NCBI RefSeq assembly: GCF_035497195.1
Contig: NZ_DATJDZ010000016.1
Span: 23 to 64,022 of the forward strand
DNA: 64,000 bases
DNA from: Asticcacaulis sp.
GTDB taxonomy: Bacteria; Pseudomonadota; Alphaproteobacteria; Caulobacterales; Caulobacteraceae
Direction: 5' to 3'
The notes beneath the pieces were generated by a model that was given only the letters and a program-made list of their open reading frames with translations, was not told the DNA's origin and searched no databases. Positions 26,173-34,830 of the stretch are shown here, piece after piece (the first letter of the stretch is position 1; each line of letters begins with the position of its first letter). A program made the position numbers and the translations under genes.

Positions 26173-28062
26173 ATGCGCCGGAACAGGCTCGTTTTATCGT
26201 CCATTTTCGTTGCTCTGGCGCTGACCACAACGCCGCTTCACGCTGCGCCGGCCAAACCGGCCGATAATGCGGCCTATACCGCGCTGGTGCCGCCGTTCGT
26301 GCTGGTAAACGCCGACAAACGCGACGGTCTGTCGCTCTCCGGTCCGTGGCATTACAGCGTCGATCCCTACCGCGACGGGCAGGCCGATTTTCTGGGCCGG
26401 CCGGTCAATCCCCGCCTGTCGCGCGGGGCGGATGTCAATGTCGAGCAGGCGTCGCGCGACAATCCCAATGCGCTCTACGAATACGATCTCGGCCGCGCGC
26501 CAACCGCCGATGTGCCCGGCTCCTGGATCGGCTACGATCTGCAATTGCGCTATTATAACGGCCTGATGTGGTATCAGAAGAGCTTCGACGCGCCTAAAGC
26601 AGACGGCAAGCGCATCTTCCTCCGTTTCGGCGCGGCGGACTACCACGCCACCGTCTATCTCAATGGCCAGGCCATCGGCGAACATGAAGGCGGCTTCACA
26701 CCGTTTTCCTTCGACGTGACGGACAAACTGCGCGCCAAGGATAACAACCTCGTCGTGGCGGTCGATTCGACGCGCACCCCCGACACCATTCCGCCGACGG
26801 TCACCGACTGGGAAACCTATGGCGGCATTACGCGGGATGTGACCCTCGTCGTCACGCCGCAGACCTATATCGACGACGATTTCATCCGCCTGACCAAGAC
26901 CGGTCGCATCGAAGCGGACGTGGCCCTCGACGGTCCGCAAAAAGCCGGGCAGGCGGTGGAAGTCCGCGTGCCGGCGCTGAAACTCAACCTCAAGGGCACG
27001 ACCGGCGCTGATGGCCGGGTCAGCCTCGCGGCCAAGGCGCCTGCGGGGTTGAAACGCTGGTCACCGGATGCGCCGACCCTTTATGACGTCACCGTGACCG
27101 CTGGCGCCGACTCCTTAAGCGACCGCATCGGTTTCCGCACCATCGAAGTGAAGGGCAGCCAGATCATCCTTAATGGCAAGCCGGTCTTCCTGCGCGGCAT
27201 TTCCCTGCATGAGGAAGAGTTCGGCCCCGATCCGTCGCGCCGCATCACGCCGGAGGCCTCGCGCGCCCTGCTCAACGAGATAAAAACCGGCCTGCATGGC
27301 AACTATGTCCGGCTGGCGCACTATCCGCATTCCGAGGTAACGACGCGCATGGCCGATGAGCTGGGCCTGCTGGTGTGGAGCGAGATTCCGGTTTATTGGA
27401 GCGTCAATTTCAACCGACCGGAAACACTCCAGGCGGCGCAGAAGATGATCGCCGAAAACATCCTGCGCGACCGCAACCGCGCCGCCGTCATCATCTGGAG
27501 CGTGGGCAATGAAACCCCGGTATCGGACGCGCGCAATCATTTTCTCGGCGCGCTGGCGCAGGAGGCGCGCGATCTCGACGGTTCGCGGCTGGTCTCGGCG
27601 GCGCTGAATACGGCCACCAGTAACGGCCCCAACGACATTTCGATCAAGGACCCGCTGGGCGCCTATCTCGATGTCATCGGCATCAACACCTATAATGGCT
27701 GGTATGGCAACGGCACGCTGGAAGACGTCCGCAAGACGGTCTGGCATTCGGATTACGACAAGCCGATGATTTTCTCCGAGTTCGGCGCCGGCGCGAAATA
27801 CGGCTATCACGACCCGGCGCAGCAGCACCGGTTCAGCGAGGATTACCAGGCCAGCTATTACAAGGCGACGCTGGAAATGGCCGATCATATTCCGTTCCTG
27901 GCTGGCCTGTCACCGTGGATCCTGAAGGACTTCCGCTCGCCGCGCCGGCAGAACACCTATCAGCAAGGCTGGAACCGCAAGGGCCTGCTTTCCGAAACCG
28001 GCCAGCGCAAGGCAGCCTTCTTTGTGTTGGGGGATTATTACCAGAAGAAGGCAGGGGAATAG
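26173..28062 (+). CDS. Exported glycoside hydrolase family 2 (beta-glucuronidase/galactosidase-like)
   Basis: 629 aa. Signal peptide (ALALTTTPLHAAPA). GH2 sugar-binding block YHATVYLNGQAIGEHEGGFTPFSFDVTD, the acid/base region IIWSVGNETP and SEFGAGA. Confidence 0.82.
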   Translation: MRRNRLVLSSIFVALALTTTPLHAAPAKPADNAAYTALVPPFVLVNADKRDGLSLSGPWHYSVDPYRDGQADFLGRPVNPRLSRGADVNVEQASRDNPNALYEYDLGRAPTADVPGSWIGYDLQLRYYNGLMWYQKSFDAPKADGKRIFLRFGAADYHATVYLNGQAIGEHEGGFTPFSFDVTDKLRAKDNNLVVAVDSTRTPDTIPPTVTDWETYGGITRDVTLVVTPQTYIDDDFIRLTKTGRIEADVALDGPQKAGQAVEVRVPALKLNLKGTTGADGRVSLAAKAPAGLKRWSPDAPTLYDVTVTAGADSLSDRIGFRTIEVKGSQIILNGKPVFLRGISLHEEEFGPDPSRRITPEASRALLNEIKTGLHGNYVRLAHYPHSEVTTRMADELGLLVWSEIPVYWSVNFNRPETLQAAQKMIAENILRDRNRAAVIIWSVGNETPVSDARNHFLGALAQEARDLDGSRLVSAALNTATSNGPNDISIKDPLGAYLDVIGINTYNGWYGNGTLEDVRKTVWHSDYDKPMIFSEFGAGAKYGYHDPAQQHRFSEDYQASYYKATLEMADHIPFLAGLSPWILKDFRSPRRQNTYQQGWNRKGLLSETGQRKAAFFVLGDYYQKKAGE

Positions 28063-28215
28063 AAAATCTCCTCCCCATCATGATGGGGGAGAGTAGCTTT
28101 GTTTGCGTAGTATACGAAGACGACAGGGGATAAACCCGCCGTCTGCTTACCCCCTCTGATCGCCATTGCAGGCAATGCCGCTCAGCTCCCCCTCCAAGAG
28201 GGGGAGAGCTTAAAG
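28063..28215. repeat. Cluster of three CTCCCC/GGGGAG-type hairpins between convergent genes
   Basis: Hairpins at about 28067-28093, about 28126-28155 and 28184-28210. The last has a perfect 9-bp stem ctccccctc / gagggggag with a 3-nt loop and lies 5 nt from the isomerase stop. Confidence 0.75.
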
Positions 28216-29031
28216 TTATCCCTTCAAATTCTTTATGCTCGTCGCAATGCTCGCCCACGGATCGGCCGGATTGTCATGCTCGACAAAGCCGTACTTGATA
28301 CCGAGGTCATTGGCCTTGGCCAGCACAGCCGCATAATCGATCACGCCTTCACCGACCGGCGCCATCGAACCATCCGCGAGTTTGTCCTTCAGGTGCAGCA
28401 TCCGAATGCGGTCGCCATGTTCTTTCAGGATATGCAGCGGATCGTGCCCGGCAAAGCTGGCCCAGTAGCAATCCAGTTCGAAACTCACCAGGGCCGGATC
28501 GGTATTTTCCAGCAGCAGATGGTAGGGCATTTCGCCCTCAGCCGTCTTGGTGAATTCGAAATCGTGGTTGTGATAGGCGAAGCCTAAGTTTCGCGCCTTC
28601 GCCAGCGCGCCCCATGTGTTCATCTTGTCGCCCAGCGCCTTCCAGTCCTTGCGGTCTTCAGGCGGCATCCACGCCAGCACGGCATAGTCGGCGCCAAGGG
28701 CTGTCATGTCATCGAGCGCCGTTTCCGGACGCGTATTCCAGTCCGCCAGACCAATATGCGAGGAAGGTGCGCTCAGGCCGATCTCATCCAGCTTCGCCTT
28801 GAAGGCCGCCGGCGCCATGCCGCCAAAGGAAATGGTCTCGACATAATCATAGCCCAGCCCCTTGATCTTTTGCAGTGTGCCGGATGGATCGGCGGTGAAG
28901 GCGTCACGCACCGTATAGAGTTGCAGGCCGATCTTCTGGTAAGGCTGCTTGATTGCCGCGGCATTGGCGGACAGGCCAATCAGACCAAGCGCCGAGAAAC
29001 CGGCCAGCAGGTGACGGCGATTCATATCCAT
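28216..29031 (-). CDS. Exported sugar-phosphate isomerase/epimerase (xylose-isomerase-like TIM barrel)
   Basis: Tat-type signal MDMNRRHLLAGFSALGLIGLSANAAA. TIM-barrel blocks GYDYVE, FAYHNHDFEF, LHLKD. I prefer ATG 29031 over the track start 29082. Confidence 0.75.
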   Translation of the reverse strand: MDMNRRHLLAGFSALGLIGLSANAAAIKQPYQKIGLQLYTVRDAFTADPSGTLQKIKGLGYDYVETISFGGMAPAAFKAKLDEIGLSAPSSHIGLADWNTRPETALDDMTALGADYAVLAWMPPEDRKDWKALGDKMNTWGALAKARNLGFAYHNHDFEFTKTAEGEMPYHLLLENTDPALVSFELDCYWASFAGHDPLHILKEHGDRIRMLHLKDKLADGSMAPVGEGVIDYAAVLAKANDLGIKYGFVEHDNPADPWASIATSIKNLKG

Positions 29032-29084
29032 GACGTTTTCTCCCGTTTTCCAACACAGACCACGTGTGCGACGGGCTGTCAAAT

Positions 29085-29954
29085 TCAGGCCAGCGCCCGG
29101 TGATATTCCCCCGTGCCACGGGTATAGATATGGTCGCCCGGCAGGACTTCGGACAGGCCGTAATCCCGCACGGATTTCAGCCGCTCATAGATCGGCCCGA
29201 AATCAGTATTCGCCATGTCGAACAGGGTGTCGATCGACGGCATGACGAAATAGGTCTCCTGGAATTCGTCGATGCGGTAATGCGTGCGCATCACGCGCTC
29301 TAGGTCGAAACCGATGCGGTTGGGCGACGGACTTTCCAGCGCGAATTGCGTCTCGGTAAACGACGACAGGATGCCGCCGCCAAAGATGCGCACGTCACCC
29401 TTCTCCGCGATCAGGCCGAACTCGACCGTGTACCAGTAGAGCCGGGCGATCCGGTCCAGTTCACCGAGCCGCATGGCTTTCAATCCGCCCTCGCCATAGG
29501 CCTGCATGAAGTCGGCCATCACCGGATTGACCATCATCGGCACATGGCCGAAAATATCGTGGAAGACGTCCGGCTCCTGCAAATAATCGAGCTGATGGCT
29601 TTTGCGGATAAACTGCCCGGCCGGAAACCGGCGATTGGCCATATGGTCGAAAAAGACGTCATTGGGCACCATGCCCGGCACCGCCACCACCCGCCAGCCG
29701 GTGCGCTTTTCCAGGACATCTGACAGCCGCTCAAAATCGGGGATGGCGTCGGCGGTGATCGGCAGGTCGGCCAGCCCGTCGAGATAATGCTGCGACGCCC
29801 GGCCGGGGATCAGCTTCATCTGGCGCTCGTAAAGCGTCTTCCAGGTGGCGTGTTCTTCGCTGGAGTAGAGCGACCAGTCCTGCGGAATGGTCCAGTCGGC
29901 CCGTTCCGGCACATAGCCGCCGACAATTCCGTGCTTCTCATCCGCATCCTGCAT
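29085..29954 (-). CDS. phhA: Phenylalanine 4-monooxygenase
   Basis: 289 aa. Iron-binding region PDVFHDIFGHVPMM and YWYTVEFGL, characteristic of bacterial aromatic amino acid hydroxylases. Confidence 0.9.
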   Translation of the reverse strand: MQDADEKHGIVGGYVPERADWTIPQDWSLYSSEEHATWKTLYERQMKLIPGRASQHYLDGLADLPITADAIPDFERLSDVLEKRTGWRVVAVPGMVPNDVFFDHMANRRFPAGQFIRKSHQLDYLQEPDVFHDIFGHVPMMVNPVMADFMQAYGEGGLKAMRLGELDRIARLYWYTVEFGLIAEKGDVRIFGGGILSSFTETQFALESPSPNRIGFDLERVMRTHYRIDEFQETYFVMPSIDTLFDMANTDFGPIYERLKSVRDYGLSEVLPGDHIYTRGTGEYHRALA

Positions 29955-30118
29955 GACGGCCTCCTCTGGTTTTTACGAAGTTTAGCGTCAAACTGGTTTC
30001 TATTGAAATGATTTTTTCGTGACGGCGATTCATGACTTTTTTGTAATCTTGTCAAGCCCCTGAAAGCCGCTAGTTTCACATGCAATCTATTAGCGTCAGA
30101 AAAAAGTGGGGCTCCCCG

Positions 30119-32293
30119 ATGCGCATTTCCCTGAAATCCCTATGTATGACCACGGCGCTCGTTGCGGTCGCCCTCAGCCAACCCTCATTCTCATGGGCAC
30201 AAATGACTACCGTCGCCAAAGCCGTCGCCGACAATCCCCATACCGCCGCAAAAGATGCCCCCGATCCGCGCGCCTTCCTCGATGAAATCGACGGCGCCGA
30301 GGCCATAAAATGGGTGCTGGCGCACAACCAGACCACCATCGACAAGCTCTCGAAAGACCCGCGCTTCGCCCAGAACCAAGCCGAGGCCCTGACCATATTG
30401 CAGGCCACCGACCGTATCGCCGTGCCGGGTTTCGCGCACAAGGGCATGGTGCAGAACTTCTGGCAGGACGCCGAACATACTCACGGCATCTGGCGCCAGA
30501 CGACCTGGGGCTCATACAAGACCGCCACGCCGCAATGGGACACCATCCTCGATATCGACGCGCTCTCCAAGGCCGAGGGCAAGAACTGGGTGTGGGAAGG
30601 CGCCAACTGCCTGGCGCCTGACTATACGCGCTGCCTGATTGAATTGTCGGACGGCGGCAAGGACGCCACCACCGTCCGCGAGTTCGACATCACCACCAAG
30701 AGCTTCATCCCCGGTGGATTCACACTGCCCGAAGGCAAGCAGAGCATTACCTGGCGTGACGCCGATACGGTCTATATCACCCGCGAATGGCAACCGGGCG
30801 ACGTCACCGCGTCGTCCTACGCCTACATCACCAAATCGCTGAAACGCGGCCAGAGCCTTGATCAGGCGGTGGAAATCTATCGCGGCGCTAAAAGCGATGT
30901 CAGCGCCGGCCGCACCGTGCTGCGCGATGTCAGCGGCGCATATGTCATGGACTACGCCTATCGCGGCCTCGATTTCTTTCATACGCAGCAACTGTTCTAT
31001 GCCGGCGACAAAGCCGTCGAACTGCCCCTGCCGCAATCGTCGAACTTCAATGGCTATATGGATGGCCAGGCGATCTACAGCCTCAAGGAAGACTGGACCT
31101 CGGCGAAGGGCACCGTTTTCAAGTCCGGCGCGGTGCTGGTATTTAATCTGGCGAAGGCGCTGGCTGATCCGGCAAAACTCGAACCCACGCTGCTCTTTCA
31201 GCCCGATGCGCACCAGTCGGTCGAGGCCATCAGCCAGACGAAGAACCGCCTGATCCTGTCGCTGCTGTCGAACGTCACCGGCGAGATCTGGAGCTATGAC
31301 TATAGCGGTGGCAAATGGTCGGCGAAAAAACTCGACCTGCCGGCCAATTCGGCGCTCGATATCGCCTCGACCGACGATGAAAGCGATCGCGTCCTGCTCA
31401 CGGTTTCATCCTTCCTGATCCCGGCCACCCTGGTCAATGTCGATGCGGCGACAGGCCAGCTCGAAACGCTCAAATCCTCGCCGGCGCGTTTCAATGCCGA
31501 GGGCTTGCAGGTGCAGCAATATTGGGCGACCTCAAAGGACGGCACGAAGGTGCCCTACTTCTTCATCGCCAGAAAAGACATCAGGCTCGATGGCACGACG
31601 CCGACCATCCTCAATGCCTACGGCGGCTTCGAGGTTTCCTCGACCCCTTATTATTCCGGCACGATCGGCAAGCTGTGGCTGGAAAAGGGCGGCGCCTTCG
31701 TGCTGGCCAATATCCGTGGCGGCGGCGAATTCGGTCCGTCCTGGCATGAAGCCGGCCTGAAAACCAAGCGCCAGAATATCTATAACGATTTTCAGGCGGT
31801 GGCCGAAGACCTGATCGCGAAAAAGATCACCACGCCGCGCCATCTCGGCATCATGGGCGGCTCCAATGGCGGGCTTCTGATGGGCGTCCAGCTCACCCAG
31901 CGTCCGGACCTGTGGAACGCCGTCGATGTGCAGGTCCCGCTGCTCGATATGGTCAACTACACGAAAATGTCGGCCGGCGCTTCGTGGCAAGGCGAATATG
32001 GCGATCCCGCCGATCCGGTCGAAGGCGCTTTCCTGCGCGGCATCTCGCCCTATCATAACGTAAAGGCCGGTGTCGCCTATCCGGAGCCTTTGTTCGAAAC
32101 CTCGACCAAGGACGATCGCGTCGGCCCGGTTCATGCCCGCAAGATGGCGGCTTTGTTTGAAGAGATGGGCCTGCCGTTCTATTATTATGAGAATACCGAA
32201 GGCGGCCATGCGGCGGCGTCAAACCTGCCGGAACGCGCCCGCAGATACGCTATCGACTATACCTACTTCATGCAGAAACTGATGGATAAGTAG
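30119..32293 (+). CDS. Exported S9 family prolyl oligopeptidase
   Basis: Signal peptide (MRISLKSLCMTTALVAVALSQPSFSWA), a beta-propeller half, catalytic GGSNGGLLMG serine motif, and the DDRV / GGHA Asp and His regions. Confidence 0.85.
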   Translation: MRISLKSLCMTTALVAVALSQPSFSWAQMTTVAKAVADNPHTAAKDAPDPRAFLDEIDGAEAIKWVLAHNQTTIDKLSKDPRFAQNQAEALTILQATDRIAVPGFAHKGMVQNFWQDAEHTHGIWRQTTWGSYKTATPQWDTILDIDALSKAEGKNWVWEGANCLAPDYTRCLIELSDGGKDATTVREFDITTKSFIPGGFTLPEGKQSITWRDADTVYITREWQPGDVTASSYAYITKSLKRGQSLDQAVEIYRGAKSDVSAGRTVLRDVSGAYVMDYAYRGLDFFHTQQLFYAGDKAVELPLPQSSNFNGYMDGQAIYSLKEDWTSAKGTVFKSGAVLVFNLAKALADPAKLEPTLLFQPDAHQSVEAISQTKNRLILSLLSNVTGEIWSYDYSGGKWSAKKLDLPANSALDIASTDDESDRVLLTVSSFLIPATLVNVDAATGQLETLKSSPARFNAEGLQVQQYWATSKDGTKVPYFFIARKDIRLDGTTPTILNAYGGFEVSSTPYYSGTIGKLWLEKGGAFVLANIRGGGEFGPSWHEAGLKTKRQNIYNDFQAVAEDLIAKKITTPRHLGIMGGSNGGLLMGVQLTQRPDLWNAVDVQVPLLDMVNYTKMSAGASWQGEYGDPADPVEGAFLRGISPYHNVKAGVAYPEPLFETSTKDDRVGPVHARKMAALFEEMGLPFYYYENTEGGHAAASNLPERARRYAIDYTYFMQKLMDK

Positions 32294-32302
32294 GAAACAG
32301 AA

Positions 32303-32453
32303 CCTCCCCTGATATCAGGGGAGGGTGGCGCAAAGCGCCGGGTGGGGTTACAACCGACGTATCAGTTTGCCGTGACGCTGGTAATAACCCCCTTTGTCGC
32401 AAGGGCGACATCTCCCCCTGAAACGAAGTTCGGCGCAACCAAATCAGGGGGAG
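32303..32453. repeat. Cluster of CCTCCCC/GGGGAGG hairpins between convergent genes
   Basis: Perfect 22-nt palindrome cctcccctgatatcaggggagg (32303-32324). ggcgc-aaa-gcgcc (32326-32339). gtcgc..gcgac (32394-32409). Perfect 10-bp arms ctccccctga (32412-32421) / tcagggggag (32444-32453). Confidence 0.8.
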
Positions 32454-32467
32454 TTCTTTAATCAGCC

Positions 32468-33664
32468 TTAAGCCCGCTGGCGCATCGGGTCTTTCTTCAT
32501 GCTGTTGAACAGGCTGGCCTCGAAATCGATCAGCATGTCGGCGAATTCGATATCCTGCAACGGCTTGGCGCCTTTGCGGTTGAGCCGCGCCATACGATAC
32601 TTCCAGAACGACGCGATATGGTTCAGCGTGCCGATCTTGTTGCCCAGTTCGATAAACAGTTCCGAGCCGAACAGCAGGAATTGCCGGAACGGCTCCGGAT
32701 CGCGCCGCACCGCCAGCGCGTGATAGACCTGATCGTAATGATCGAGCGTATCGCGGGCGTCGCTGATGACCTCGACCACGGCCTTGGCGATACGCGGGCG
32801 GGCTTTTTTCAGATAACTGCGCAGGGTTTCATCATAGCTGCCGGACGTGCGATAGCTGCCGAGGCCGCCCAGCACGTCGCGCAGGCCGTTTTGCAGTTCG
32901 ACATGGCACCATTTGTAATAGAGAAATCCGCGCCAGCAGGTGATGCCTTCCTGAAATTCCTCATCGTTCATCCGCAGGGTTTTTTGCAGCGGTTCCAGCG
33001 TCTGGCTCAGCTTGTCCGATAAAATCTTGGCGCCGAGCCGGGTGGCCTCGCGGCTGGTCTTGTCCTGCCCCAGGGCCACATTGACCAGATTCTCGATTTC
33101 ACGCGCCGTGAAGGCCGTCATGGCCTTCAGGTCATGCGCCGAAATCTGAAAATAGACGCCGGACGGGTTGCAGCCGGCCTTGTCGAGGTGTTCGCGCAGC
33201 AGGAAAGGATCAAGAGACGGCAGATCGTCGATCGTGCGCAACAGTTGGGCGTCACGGTTCTTGCCCATATCCTCGATACCGAGATAATTGCGCATCAGCG
33301 GTTCGTATTGGGTCTGGCGCACGAAGAACGACCGGCCGCCCAGACGCAGATCATACGGATCATAGGGCATGATCACCTTGGTGACCGTACGACGCCCGCC
33401 GGGAAAGAGGTCGCGCTCATCCAGCCGCAAAGTGTGCTTGAGAATCAGAGCGCGATTGAGCGCCGAGTGCTCGAACAGGGGCTTGGCGATATAGTCCTCA
33501 TTATCGCGGTAGGTCGTATAGATCTTGGCGAGGTTCAGCACCCGGCAGGACGACCAGGTTCGGTTCAGGTTGGCGAGATTGCGCACTTCACGCGTCGAGG
33601 TGAATTCGCTGTCCGAGACGGCGCGATTCAGGCCGTCGGTAAAGGCCAGACTGGTGCCGATCAT
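32468..33664 (-). CDS. Hypothetical protein, paralog B of an unrecognised ~390-aa family
   Basis: 398 aa, no TM or signal. Shares colinear blocks with the upstream gene product (RVLNL, KHTLR..ERDLF, RRT.TK.I.P.D..DL.LGGRS, LPSLDPFL.REHL, LRM.D.EF..GI..WRGFLY.KW.H.ELQ, YDQ.YHAL, HIASFW.YRM). ATGA start/stop overlap at 33661-33664. Confidence 0.7.
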   Translation of the reverse strand: MIGTSLAFTDGLNRAVSDSEFTSTREVRNLANLNRTWSSCRVLNLAKIYTTYRDNEDYIAKPLFEHSALNRALILKHTLRLDERDLFPGGRRTVTKVIMPYDPYDLRLGGRSFFVRQTQYEPLMRNYLGIEDMGKNRDAQLLRTIDDLPSLDPFLLREHLDKAGCNPSGVYFQISAHDLKAMTAFTAREIENLVNVALGQDKTSREATRLGAKILSDKLSQTLEPLQKTLRMNDEEFQEGITCWRGFLYYKWCHVELQNGLRDVLGGLGSYRTSGSYDETLRSYLKKARPRIAKAVVEVISDARDTLDHYDQVYHALAVRRDPEPFRQFLLFGSELFIELGNKIGTLNHIASFWKYRMARLNRKGAKPLQDIEFADMLIDFEASLFNSMKKDPMRQRA

Positions 33665-34830
33665 CTGCCACTCTCCTCGTCATCGAGCGAAACGACCGAC
33701 AGCGAATCTTCGAAATCCATCAGGATGTCGCCATATTCGAATGGCGTCAGGCGCTGGGTCATCATTTGCTGCCCCATGCGATAGGTCCAGAAAGAGGCGA
33801 TATGACTCAGGATTCCGATGCTTTCGCCCAGTTCAAAAAACAGGCTCGGCCCGTCGAGCAGGAAGCGGCGGAACGGACCGGGATTTTCGCCATGAACCAG
33901 GGCATGATAGGCTTGGTCATAGACATTGAGCGTGCGGCCGACACTGGCGACGGCGTTGACGATCCGGCGCACCAGGCGCGGGCGCACCTCTTTCAGATAA
34001 TCGCGTGTGCCATCATCGCAAGCGCCGATCGGCTGGTAGGTCGACAGGCCGTCCAGCACGCGGCGCATCTCGTCCTGCAATTCGATATGGCGCCATTTGA
34101 AATAGAGGAAACCGCGCCACGAGAAGATGCCATCGGAAAATTCATCGTCCGACATGCGCAGGGTCGATTTCAGCGGCCACAGTTCCGTGTCGAGTTCGTT
34201 GGCGAGTATCTTGCCGGCCAGCTTGATGGCCGATCCGCCGCCAAGCGAACCGGAAAAGGCCGTGCGCACCAGCCGCTCGATCTCTTCATTGGCGAAGCCG
34301 ATCATGCGCTGGATATCATGCGATGAAATCTTGAGATAGCAGGCGCCCGGCCGGAAACCTTGGCGCGCCAGGTGTTCGCGCACCAGGAATGGATCGAGTG
34401 ACGGCAACTGATCGAGCAGGCGCAGGATCTGCACATCGGTATTGGCGTTGATGTCGTCACCGAAATAGCCGCGGCAGAAGGCGTCGAAGCCGGCCTGGTT
34501 GATCAGGATCGAGCGCCCGCCCAGCTTGAGGTCCGTCGCATCGAACGGCAGGATGATCTTGGTGGCCGTGCGGCGATGGCGGCCGAACAGGTCGCGTTCG
34601 TTGGCGCGCAGGGTATGCTTGACCAGGATGCACTTGTTCATCTGCGAGTCGCGGAAGAACGGTTTTAACTGGTAGTCCTTTTCGCGCGCCGAATTGACAT
34701 GAATAGCCGACAGGTTCAGCACGCGGCTCGTCGAGGCCGTTTCACCGAGATTGGCGAGGCTGCGCAGATCGCGGTTCGACAGGGTGTTGCTGATGGGTGC
34801 GCGATTGTCCAGGGCGGCGAAGGCGTTCAT
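33661..34830 (-). CDS. Hypothetical protein, paralog A of an unrecognised ~390-aa family
   Basis: 389 aa, soluble. Roughly 40% identical by eye to paralog B over the full length. ATGA overlap with the upstream receiver gene at 34827-34830. Confidence 0.7.
   Translation of the reverse strand: MNAFAALDNRAPISNTLSNRDLRSLANLGETASTSRVLNLSAIHVNSAREKDYQLKPFFRDSQMNKCILVKHTLRANERDLFGRHRRTATKIILPFDATDLKLGGRSILINQAGFDAFCRGYFGDDINANTDVQILRLLDQLPSLDPFLVREHLARQGFRPGACYLKISSHDIQRMIGFANEEIERLVRTAFSGSLGGGSAIKLAGKILANELDTELWPLKSTLRMSDDEFSDGIFSWRGFLYFKWRHIELQDEMRRVLDGLSTYQPIGACDDGTRDYLKEVRPRLVRRIVNAVASVGRTLNVYDQAYHALVHGENPGPFRRFLLDGPSLFFELGESIGILSHIASFWTYRMGQQMMTQRLTPFEYGDILMDFEDSLSVVSLDDEESGR

Noticed and set aside
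28063-32467. CRISPR-like appearance of the repeated G/C-rich palindromes
   Set aside because: The repeats are short hairpins with variable sequence and irregular spacing. They are scattered singly or in twos and threes in separate intergenic gaps. There is no constant repeat/spacer periodicity and there are no cas genes.
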